Positions 17,898-25,743 of a DNA stretch of 52,183 nucleotides are shown here, one piece after another (position 1 is the first letter of the stretch; each line of letters starts with the position of its first letter). The notes below the pieces were generated by a model. It was not told the origin of the DNA. It saw nothing but the letters and a program-made list of their open reading frames with translations, and did not search any database. The stretch lies in contig CALVHI010000002.1 of assembly GCA_944327365.1 (NCBI GenBank), positions 1 to 52,183 of the forward strand. Direction: 5' to 3'. The position numbers and the translations under genes are program-made. The stretch is from an uncultured Bacilli bacterium (GTDB taxonomy: Bacteria; Bacillota_I; Bacilli_A; RF39; UBA660).

Positions 17898-18490
17898 AAA
17901 TCATCCACCATTTCTTCTTTATTATAATATATTTTATTTAATACTTTATAATATTTTAAATATTTAGATAATTCAACTATAGTAGGTAGATTATACCCTA
18001 ATTTTTTTAATATTTTTTCCTCTTGCAATACTAACTCTTTTTTTCCTTCCATAATTATTTTATTTTCATGAATTACAACCATATAATCTAGTAACAATGC
18101 CTCTTCTATTTGCGTTGTATAATTTATTATTCTCTTATTATTTTCTTTTAAATAATTTAATAGTTTTTCTTTAAAATCATCATCTAAATATGTTAAAACA
18201 TTAAAGAAAATGTAATATTGATTTTTAGTATTTAAATTAAACAATATTTTTAGTTTTAGTTCATCTAAGTTTGTTTTGTCTTTCTTGTTTTTTAAATATA
18301 AAACATTAAATGAAGTTAATATATCATCATTTACAAAGTAATTATTTGCCGTTTGTTCTTTCATAATTACACAATATTTATTGTTAATAAAATATATAGC
18401 ATCATTTATATAATTAAAAGATGATGGAATAAGTATTGTTGTATTAATATCATAAATAATTTTATGATTAACATTAAATAGTTCGTTCAT
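17888..18490 (-). CDS. EcfA1-derived ABC-ATPase-like protein lacking all nucleotide-binding motifs
   Basis: The signature region is LDELKLK and the Walker B region is YYIFFNVLT. There is no Walker A. The C-terminus LGYNLPTIVELSKYLK...EEMVDDLW resembles the EcfA tail. It overlaps the next gene by 10 nt. Confidence 0.65.
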   Translation of the reverse strand: MNELFNVNHKIIYDINTTILIPSSFNYINDAIYFINNKYCVIMKEQTANNYFVNDDILTSFNVLYLKNKKDKTNLDELKLKILFNLNTKNQYYIFFNVLTYLDDDFKEKLLNYLKENNKRIINYTTQIEEALLLDYMVVIHENKIIMEGKKELVLQEEKILKKLGYNLPTIVELSKYLKYYKVLNKIYYNKEEMVDDLWK

Positions 18491-18609
18491 TTAATCACCG
18501 TTTATATCATATCAGAAAATATGATAAATTGAAAGAATAAAAGTTAGTAAATATAAACTTACTTAACTAATGTGATCCCCATTTAGGAGATATCAAATAA
18601 AAAACTAGT

Positions 18610-19437
18610 TTATTTTTTTAATTGTTGTTTATTTGATCCTTTTAAACATTGCTTTAAAAAGGATAGTTTTTCTTTTTCGCTTAAATAAATAATGTTGGCT
18701 AATTCTAATGCATCTTCTAAATCTAGGTCCTCATGAATGTCATGGCTTTCTAATAATTTTTTATTTAGCAAATTTTCATTATAATTTTTACTTTTAGAAT
18801 ATTCCAGCATTCTTTTAAATAATAAAAAATTATTGTACCAAATATGAGGATTAAATGTTCCGTTTGGGCATCTAAATTCAATAGTGTTTTTTCTTTGATC
18901 GCGATTAATATTCGATAAATTTAACCCTCTTTTCTTTCCTAAATTTAAAACAGTGATTAAATAAGTGAAGGAATCTTCTGATGATAAGTTTAAGGTTTTT
19001 AATAAATATTTATATTCATTTCCTACTGGAGGCGAATAGATATCTAGTGTATCTCTCGCATAAGATGTTTCTCCATAGCAAAAATAATAGATAATATGTT
19101 CATAACTGCACCATAGTTTAATAAATCTTAATAAATATTTAGGATTATCTTCAAAAACATTAGCTCCTATATGGATGTGAGCTCCTGTGTTTTTAGATGA
19201 CGCATAATTTTTGTTTAGAAAGTCACATATTTCTGCTAATTCTTGCCAAGTATTTGCATTATCTTTTAAAATTGGAGATACAATTTCTCCACCTAATTGT
19301 ATATCTTTGGCATCCTTTAATATTGCATCTTCTATCTTATTTGTCCATCTTGGATGATGTTTGCTAAGATAATCATCTACTATTTTTCGATTTAAATCTC
19401 GATATTCTATTTCGATTCCTATTGTAATTTGTGACAT
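18610..19437 (-). CDS. Amidoligase_2 family protein (GS/GCS-like carboxylate-amine ligase fold)
   Basis: The pattern IGIEIEY...GGEIVSPIL...GAHIHIG...IEFRCPNGT is typical of the putative amidoligase family. Confidence 0.7.
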   Translation of the reverse strand: MSQITIGIEIEYRDLNRKIVDDYLSKHHPRWTNKIEDAILKDAKDIQLGGEIVSPILKDNANTWQELAEICDFLNKNYASSKNTGAHIHIGANVFEDNPKYLLRFIKLWCSYEHIIYYFCYGETSYARDTLDIYSPPVGNEYKYLLKTLNLSSEDSFTYLITVLNLGKKRGLNLSNINRDQRKNTIEFRCPNGTFNPHIWYNNFLLFKRMLEYSKSKNYNENLLNKKLLESHDIHEDLDLEDALELANIIYLSEKEKLSFLKQCLKGSNKQQLKK

Positions 19438-19483
19438 AAATCCCCCTTTTTTTATCTTATTTTAGCAAAAAGGTTGAAATATG

Positions 19484-19511
19484 TCAAAAAACTAGCCATT
19501 TAGACTAGTTT
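19484..19511 (-). terminator. Hairpin terminator overlapping the rpmE stop codon
   Basis: On the minus strand: AAACTAG-tctaaatgg-CTAGTTT followed by TTTT. Confidence 0.55.
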
Positions 19512-19717
19512 TCTTCTTTGTTTAATCCATATTTACGATTAAATTTTTCAATATTTCCAGTTTTCTTTGCTCTTCCTTGAGCTCCTGTATAGAATGGGTG
19601 ACATTCACTACAAATTTCAACTTGAATATTTTCTTTTGTTGAATGTGTTTTAAATGAAGCCCCACAAGCACAAGTGATTGTTGCTTCTTTTATTTCTGGA
19701 TGGATTCCTTTTTTCAT
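19505..19717 (-). CDS. rpmE: 50S ribosomal protein L31 (Zn-binding type)
   Basis: MKKGIHPE...CACG...[12 protein letters not shown]. The start is taken at the conserved MKKGIHP rather than the longer track ORF. Confidence 0.9.
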   Translation of the reverse strand: MKKGIHPEIKEATITCACGASFKTHSTKENIQVEICSECHPFYTGAQGRAKKTGNIEKFNRKYGLNKEEN

Positions 19718-19785
19718 AATAACCTCCCGCCATATCAAAATTTTTGACATAGTAATTTGTTTGTCTTAAGTATTATATCATATTT

Positions 19786-20463
19786 TTAGAACTTTACAAG
19801 CTTTTTTAGTTCATTATAGATCATTTTATGTCCTAAATAATTTATATAGTGACTGTCTTTGCTTAAATAATACTCATTGTTTGTTAAAAGATGGTTGATA
19901 TCTATAAAGGTAAATTTATCTGTTAAAGCAATATCTCTAATGCTAGCATTTATTTTTTCTATCGTTAACAAATCATTGTTCTTCCATTTATATAAACCTA
20001 ATACAATTACTTTTTTATTGTTTAAACATTTTATCATACTTAATAACTCTTCTAAATCATCTAAGTATTCATTTTTTATTTTGTTGGTTATTTTTTTATT
20101 TGCTAATTCATCCATACCAATAGAAATTGTTAAAATATCTGCTTCATGAATAGCTTGTTGAATTTTTATTTTTTTGTTTTTGATTGTTAGTGATATATTT
20201 TCTTTAATTTCATATATTAGTTCTTTTACGGTTTTACCAGCAGTAGAAAATTCATGAATGTATGTTTTTAATTTATGTTTATTTTCGTACGCTTCCTTTA
20301 AATAGTCATTAAAACTTTTTCCTTCAATACCATATGGAGTCATTCCAAGCGATAGGCCGTCCCCGATTGACACAATGGTTACTTCTTCACTTTGAGTAAA
20401 AAAATAAATAAAGACGGAGATAATTGCTCCTAAAATGGTGAGGGCGATGATCTTTTTTTTCAT
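19786..20463 (-). CDS. SGNH/GDSL-like hydrolase with an N-terminal membrane anchor
   Basis: TM helix IIALTILGAIISVFIYFF, block I VSIGDGLSLG, and the C-terminal D-x-H-like DSHYINYLGH. Confidence 0.7.
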   Translation of the reverse strand: MKKKIIALTILGAIISVFIYFFTQSEEVTIVSIGDGLSLGMTPYGIEGKSFNDYLKEAYENKHKLKTYIHEFSTAGKTVKELIYEIKENISLTIKNKKIKIQQAIHEADILTISIGMDELANKKITNKIKNEYLDDLEELLSMIKCLNNKKVIVLGLYKWKNNDLLTIEKINASIRDIALTDKFTFIDINHLLTNNEYYLSKDSHYINYLGHKMIYNELKKLVKF

Positions 20464-20495
20464 TTAACACCTCAAAAAAAATATAGTACATTATA

Positions 20496-21749
20496 CTATA
20501 TTTCCTTGATTTCAATTTTAGCACCAACATTTCTTAGCTTCGTTTCAATATTTTCATATCCTCTTAGTATGTGTTCAACGTCATTTACAATTGTTGTTCC
20601 TGTTGCAGTTAAGCCTGCTAGAACTAGGGCTGCTCCACCTCTTAAGTCAGTTGCTATTACTTCACAGCCATGAAGTTTACTTGGACCAATGATCATAGCG
20701 CTCATGTTTTTTACCGTGATGTTCGCGCCCATTTTATTTAAAGATGGAACGTGACCCATACGATTTTCCCATATTGTTTCTTCAAAAAGACTGGTTCCAT
20801 TCGCTTGGGTTAATAATACACTCATGGGTTGCCCTATATCGGTTGGAAAGCCCGGATATACTAAAGTTTTAATATTTGTTGGTTTTAGATGATCTACTTT
20901 ACTTATTACAATATTATCTTCATTGATAGTAATATCAGAATCCATATCTATTAGTTTAGATGTTAACGATTCAATGTGCTTAGGTATAATATTATTAATA
21001 CATAAGTTTTTTCCAACTAAAGCTCCTAAAATTATATAGGTTCCCGCTTCTATTCGATCTGGCAAAACGGTAATTTTTCCCCCATAAAGTTCTTTTACTC
21101 CTGTGATAATTATTTTGTCTGTTCCTGCCCCTTCAATATTGGCCCCCATACTAATCAAAAAATTTGCAATATTTTCAATTTCTGCTTCTTTTGCTGCATT
21201 ATGAATTACTGTCTTTCCTTCTGCTAGAACGCTTGCAAACATTAAATTTATTGTAGCTCCTACGCTTTGAAAACGCAAATAAATATCCGTTCCAATTAGT
21301 TTATCTGCTTGTAAAATGTATTTATTATTTTCAATTTTTACTTTAGCACCTAAAGCCTTAAAACCATCAATGTGAATATCGATAGGTCTTGCCCCTATGT
21401 TACATCCCCCAGGAATGCACATTTCGACATATTTTTCTTTTCCTAATAAAGCGCCCATAAAATAATAAGATGCTCTTAATTTTTTTGAATACTTTTCATC
21501 GATAGATGTATTTCTTAAATTTGTTGTATCTATTTTTAGTTGATCCCCTTTAATATCGACATTACAATTTAAAATGTTTAAAATATCGATTAATGCATCG
21601 CGATCAGAAATATTGGGGACATTATCAATTTGAGAAATTCCACTTGCAAGAATAGAAGCTGGAATTAATGCTACTGCACTATTTTTAGCTCCTCCTATTT
21701 TAATTTTTCCGGTTAAAGTATTATTTCCTTCAATAATCATTTGTTTCAT
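20496..21749 (-). CDS. murA: UDP-N-acetylglucosamine 1-carboxyvinyltransferase
   Basis: GGAKNSAVALI and the active-site loop PGGCNIGARPIDIH. Length is 417 aa. Confidence 0.95.
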   Translation of the reverse strand: MKQMIIEGNNTLTGKIKIGGAKNSAVALIPASILASGISQIDNVPNISDRDALIDILNILNCNVDIKGDQLKIDTTNLRNTSIDEKYSKKLRASYYFMGALLGKEKYVEMCIPGGCNIGARPIDIHIDGFKALGAKVKIENNKYILQADKLIGTDIYLRFQSVGATINLMFASVLAEGKTVIHNAAKEAEIENIANFLISMGANIEGAGTDKIIITGVKELYGGKITVLPDRIEAGTYIILGALVGKNLCINNIIPKHIESLTSKLIDMDSDITINEDNIVISKVDHLKPTNIKTLVYPGFPTDIGQPMSVLLTQANGTSLFEETIWENRMGHVPSLNKMGANITVKNMSAMIIGPSKLHGCEVIATDLRGGAALVLAGLTATGTTIVNDVEHILRGYENIETKLRNVGAKIEIKEI

Positions 21750-21779
21750 TTTAACACACCCTTACCTTAAGAAAATTTT

Positions 21780-21801
21780 AGTATAAGTAGGCACTTATAC
21801 T
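21780..21801. promoter_or_regulatory. Perfect 9-bp hairpin in the murA leader / divergent intergenic region
   Basis: AGTATAAGT-aggc-ACTTATACT, about 30 nt upstream of the murA start. Function unknown. Confidence 0.35.
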
Positions 21802-21964
21802 ATTTATTATGATTAATAATTTTTTTGGTGCATATTAAAAAGATTTTAATAAATTACCATTATTACTATATCGATTTATTTGGTTTTTGTCAAATATTTT
21901 TGACTTTTTTTGATGAATTTGAATAAAAAAATATTAATTTTACTTAATTATTACGGGTGATCAA

Positions 21965-22468
21965 ATGAAAAAAATCATTTTTGTATTATTTTTTATTACT
22001 TTAGGGGTTTTATTGATGAAAGACGAAGAGGAAATATTTATCCCTAAAGATGCGATAAGATTTCGAGTGATTGCAAATAGTAACAGTGTTGAAGATCAAA
22101 TGAAAAAAAGTATAATTAAAGATCAAGTTGAAGAAAAAGTATATGAATTAATTCAAGATGGAAATAATGTTTCGGAAGTTCGTAATCTTATTCAAAATAA
22201 CTTAGATACAATTGAAGAAATTATCAAAGATTATAAAGTACCTTATCAAATTAGTTATGGAAATAATTATTTTCCTGCCAAAACTTATCAAAATATTATA
22301 TATCCGGCTGGTAATTATGAATCATTAGTTATTACGTTAGGTAAAGGGACTGGTAATAATTTTTGGTGTGTTCTGTTTCCTCCTTTGTGTTTGCTTGAAA
22401 ATACAAAAGAAGATATAAGCGATATTGAATATGAATTTTATGTAAAGAAACTTTTAGAAAAGTTCTAA
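21965..22468 (+). CDS. spoIIR: Stage II sporulation protein R
   Basis: A signal/TM helix followed by IRFRVIANSNSVEDQ and FWCVLFPPLC. Confidence 0.8.
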   Translation: MKKIIFVLFFITLGVLLMKDEEEIFIPKDAIRFRVIANSNSVEDQMKKSIIKDQVEEKVYELIQDGNNVSEVRNLIQNNLDTIEEIIKDYKVPYQISYGNNYFPAKTYQNIIYPAGNYESLVITLGKGTGNNFWCVLFPPLCLLENTKEDISDIEYEFYVKKLLEKF

Positions 22469-22509
22469 AATATAATCCTCTTAATATATTTTTGTAGGAG
22501 GTTTTTTAT

Positions 22510-23043
22510 TTGCAGGAAATTTTTAGTGTATTATTAATTGGAATTGCTTTGTCTATGGATACTTTTTCGCTGTCTTTAGGATTAGGCATGTTTAATATTT
22601 CAAATAGAAAATCTCTTAAATTATCTATTATTGTTGGATGTATGCATTTTATTATGCCATTTTTAGGAATGATACTAGGGGATAAATTACTTCAGCTTTT
22701 TAAGATTGATTATGATATTTTACTTGGATTTATTCTTATTATCATTGCTTTACAAATGATTATTGATATTATAAGACATGAAGAAGAAAAGTTTAATCTG
22801 TCAACAATTGGAATGTTTGTTTTTGCTTTTGGAGTTAGTTTAGATAGTTTTTCTTTAGGATTAGGATTAAAAGCACTTACGGATAATATCTACATGGCTA
22901 TGAGTGCGTTTGCTATATGTAGTGCTTCTTTTACATTTATGGGGGTTATTGTTGGTAGATTTGCTAATAAATTACTTGGAATATATGCCAATATTTTGGG
23001 AGCTATCATTTTGTTTGTATTGGGTTTCATGCATTTAATATAA
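22510..23043 (+). CDS. MntP/YtaF family membrane protein (manganese efflux pump-like)
   Basis: Two-fold internal repeat with DTFSLSLGLG and DSFSLGLGL motifs and six predicted TM helices. It uses a TTG start. Confidence 0.65.
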   Translation: MQEIFSVLLIGIALSMDTFSLSLGLGMFNISNRKSLKLSIIVGCMHFIMPFLGMILGDKLLQLFKIDYDILLGFILIIIALQMIIDIIRHEEEKFNLSTIGMFVFAFGVSLDSFSLGLGLKALTDNIYMAMSAFAICSASFTFMGVIVGRFANKLLGIYANILGAIILFVLGFMHLI

Positions 23044-23045
23044 AA

Positions 23046-23069
23046 AATCTTAGATTGTTACCTAAGATT
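23046..23069. terminator. Bidirectional hairpin between the mntP-like gene and metG
   Basis: AATCTTAG (23046-23053) pairs with CTAAGATT (23062-23069). It is flanked by an A-run and a T-rich tract. Confidence 0.55.
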
Positions 23070-23070
23070 A

Positions 23071-24594
23071 TTATTTTGTTTCAATACGATTAAATAAAAT
23101 TTTTGGTTCATTTAATTTTAAGTTTTCCTCTAAAGCACCAAAATTAACACTTTCATAACTTGTTTCTTTAGTATTAAGCTGTTCTAATATTTTATTTGCC
23201 GTATCAGGTATAAATGGGCTTAGAAGAATTGCACAAATACGAATAGATTCAAGTAAGTTATATAATACTGTAGCTAACCTATCTTTTTTACTTTCATCCT
23301 TGGCTAAAGTCCATGGCGTAGATTCATCAATGTATTTGTTACAACTACGTAGGACTTCCATAATTTCTTCGATGGCTTCATTTACTTTTAGACCATTTAT
23401 TTTTCCTTCAACAATATTTTTCAAGTTATTTACTCTCTCTATTAGTTCATGATCAATTTCTTCATAAACGCGTGGATTCTTTGTAACACCATCAAAATAT
23501 TTATGTTCCATAGAAATGGTTCTATTCACTAGATTTCCTAAAGTATTGGCTAAATCACTATTTGTTCTAGAAATTAAAGCTTCTTCTGAGAAATTGCCAT
23601 CACTACCAAATGGTACTTCTCTTAAAGCATAATATCTTACCGCATCAACACCATAATCATTAATATATTCTCTAGGATCCTTGTAGTTTCCTAAACTTTT
23701 GGAAATTTTGCCACCATCTATTTTTAACCAGCCATGGCCAAAAACTTGTTTTGGTAAAGGTAGGCCTAGAGCCATTAGCATGCATGGCCAAATAATAACA
23801 TGGAATCTAACTATTTCTTTGCCTACTAAATGGAGAGTCGCTGGCCAATATTTCTTCATCAAAGTATCATCTTCAGGATATCCTAAGGATGTAATGTAAT
23901 TAGATAGTGCATCTACCCATACATAAACCACGTGTTTCGAATCAAAGTCTACAGGTATTCCCCAAGTAAAACTTGTTCTTGACACACATAAATCTTCTAA
24001 ACCCGGATTAATAAAATTGTTTAACATTTCGTTTTTACGTGATAATGGTAAAATAAAATCTGGGTGTTCTTCATAATATTTTACTAGTCTATCTTGATAT
24101 TTAGATAACTTGAAAAAGTAGGCCTCTTCACTTACTAGTTTTACTTCTCTACCACAATCAGGACATTTTCCATCAACAAGCTGAGATTCGGTCCAAAAAG
24201 ATTCACAAGGAACACAATATAATCCCTCATATGTTCCTTTGTAAATATCGCCTTGTTCATATAATTTCTTAAATATCTTTTGAACACGTCTTATATGGTC
24301 TTCATCTGTGGTACGAATAAAATAATCATATGAAATATTAAGTGATTTCCATAAATCTTTCGCATTTTCAATTATTTTATCAACATATTCCTTTGGGGTT
24401 ACACCTGCTTCTTTCGCTTTCTTTTCAATTTTTTCGCCATGTTCATCAGTACCAGTTTGAAAGTAAACATCATATCCTGTTAATCTTTTATATCTTGCTA
24501 TCGCATCAGCGATAATCGTAGTATAACAATGGCCAATATGAAAATTGGCACTTGGATAATAAATTGGTGTGGTAATATAAAATTTTTCTTTCAT
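23071..24594 (-). CDS. metG: Methionine--tRNA ligase (short form)
   Basis: HIGH motif ANFHIGH, KMSKS motif KISKS, and a Zn knuckle CPDCG. The start is taken at MKEKFYITTPIYY. Confidence 0.95.
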   Translation of the reverse strand: MKEKFYITTPIYYPSANFHIGHCYTTIIADAIARYKRLTGYDVYFQTGTDEHGEKIEKKAKEAGVTPKEYVDKIIENAKDLWKSLNISYDYFIRTTDEDHIRRVQKIFKKLYEQGDIYKGTYEGLYCVPCESFWTESQLVDGKCPDCGREVKLVSEEAYFFKLSKYQDRLVKYYEEHPDFILPLSRKNEMLNNFINPGLEDLCVSRTSFTWGIPVDFDSKHVVYVWVDALSNYITSLGYPEDDTLMKKYWPATLHLVGKEIVRFHVIIWPCMLMALGLPLPKQVFGHGWLKIDGGKISKSLGNYKDPREYINDYGVDAVRYYALREVPFGSDGNFSEEALISRTNSDLANTLGNLVNRTISMEHKYFDGVTKNPRVYEEIDHELIERVNNLKNIVEGKINGLKVNEAIEEIMEVLRSCNKYIDESTPWTLAKDESKKDRLATVLYNLLESIRICAILLSPFIPDTANKILEQLNTKETSYESVNFGALEENLKLNEPKILFNRIETK

Positions 24595-24599
24595 CTTTT

Positions 24600-24821
24600 T
24601 TCCTCCTTTATAACAAATAAAAACCATAAACTAAGGACGAGATTAACCCGTGGTACCACCTTAATTCATGATTTTATTCATGCGCTTAGATCCTGTAACG
24701 GAGATAAACCGTTTAAACTCCAGAGTCATCTTCCATATTACTTTATGCTTATTTCCATCAACCATAAACTTTCTATACTAAAAATAATATGTACTCATTC
24801 CTTCAATGTTTAATCGCCTCA
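24600..24821 (-). promoter_or_regulatory. T-box leader (tRNA-sensing riboswitch) upstream of metG
   Basis: On the minus strand, AAGGTGGTACCACGGGTTAA (reverse complement of 24644-24663) matches the T-box consensus GGTGGTACCGCG. The roughly 220-nt leader has Stem-I-like GC-richer segments. A candidate AUG specifier lies in AATATGGAAG. The terminator/antiterminator helices were not resolved by eye. Confidence 0.8.
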
Positions 24822-24851
24822 ATTATATTATATAAACGAAGGGAATGTCAA
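24822..24851 (-). promoter_or_regulatory. Sigma-A promoter of the metG T-box leader
   Basis: On the minus strand: TTGACA (24846-24851), an 18-nt spacer, then TATAAT (24822-24827). Confidence 0.55.
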
Positions 24852-24857
24852 GGTTTT

Positions 24858-25373
24858 TTAAATATCTAACTTTTGGGAGAAGATGCTGGCAATTAATTTG
24901 CCGATTATTATTTCTTCTTTTATGGGATTTTCACTATATATGATCACCAAGCCAATACTATCATTTAAGGAAATAATTGGTATATAGGCAAAATTACCAT
25001 TTAGTGTGTATTCCCCAATTGTTATAGAAGTGCTTTCTTTAGTTTTTGTTTCTCTCTCTTCAATGATTTGTAAAAATTCTTGGTTTAGTAAGCGCTCTTT
25101 TAAATCATAGCCTATTCCGGCATGAGCGATTATTTTTTCACGATCTGTTATTAAGATTTTATAATTAAAATTATTATAGATTAATTCACATAAATGGTTT
25201 GCTAAGTCGATATTTGTAGACATACGATAGTATTTTTTTAGAATAATACTATCATTTTCAGTGAATATTTCAATATTTTCACCATCTCTTATTCCTAAAT
25301 TTCTTCTTATTTCCTTTGGTATTACAATTCGACCTAATTCATCAATTCTTCTTACTACTCCTGTAGATTTCAA
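24858..25373 (-). CDS. spoVT: Stage V sporulation protein T (AbrB-type N-domain plus GAF-like domain)
   Basis: MKSTGVVRRIDELGRIVIPKEIRRNLGIRDGE closely resembles B. subtilis SpoVT. The gene lies next to mfd, as in Bacillus. Confidence 0.85.
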   Translation of the reverse strand: MKSTGVVRRIDELGRIVIPKEIRRNLGIRDGENIEIFTENDSIILKKYYRMSTNIDLANHLCELIYNNFNYKILITDREKIIAHAGIGYDLKERLLNQEFLQIIEERETKTKESTSITIGEYTLNGNFAYIPIISLNDSIGLVIIYSENPIKEEIIIGKLIASIFSQKLDI

Positions 25374-25471
25374 ATTTTACAACTCCAATCTACTATTAAT
25401 ATTGGCTTTATTAAAGAAAATATACAGAAAGATTGGGAAATTAAATTGAAAGAATTTAATATTTGGTGTAA

Positions 25472-25614
25472 AATTATATTAGGTTAATCTATGAATTTAA
25501 TAGTGTCTCCGTATAATGTTAATAGCAATGGTAATGCTAACGTGTTCCGTGTGAATTCGGATGGCAACCTCAACAACAACAACGTGAATAACACGCGGGG
25601 TGTGCGCCCAGTAT
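25472..25614 (+). repeat. Copy B of the two-copy repeat (19-nt 5' block, 45-nt spacer, 79-nt core). The core is inside a short ORF.
   Basis: See copy A. The core contains AAC AAC AAC AAC GTG AAT AAC followed by GGGGTGTGCGCCC. Confidence 0.7.
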
Positions 25615-25682
25615 TAAATCTGGATGCTGGTGTAACGATAAAATCAGGAAATGGCACAGCAGATTCTCCATTTGTAGTTTAG
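25491..25682 (+). pseudogene. 63-codon ORF that looks like the C-terminal fragment of a WLxSP...GVRP-type (DUF1566/DUF6273-like, C-type-lectin-fold) surface protein
   Basis: IVSPYNVNSNGNANVFRVNSDGNLNNNNVNNTRGVRPVLNL...GNGTADSPFVV matches the tail of that family but lacks the preceding domains. Local GC content is far above that of its surroundings. Confidence 0.55.
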
Positions 25683-25705
25683 GCTTACTTAAGATTTTCA
25701 TTACT

Positions 25706-25743
25706 AAAAAGAAGCATCAATGTTAATTTGATACTTCTTTTTT
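25706..25743. terminator. Bidirectional hairpin overlapping the mfd stop codon
   Basis: GAAGCATCAA (25711-25720) pairs with TTGATACTTC (25728-25737) with one mismatch. It is flanked by an A-run and a T-run. Confidence 0.5.

Noticed and set aside
5850-25614. Calling the two repeat copies an active DGR (template repeat plus variable repeat)
   Set aside because: The window has no reverse transcriptase or accessory gene. Only 6 of 10 core mismatches lie at adenines of the putative template. A 45-48-nt internal segment is unrelated between the copies. It is kept only as a hypothesis in the findings.
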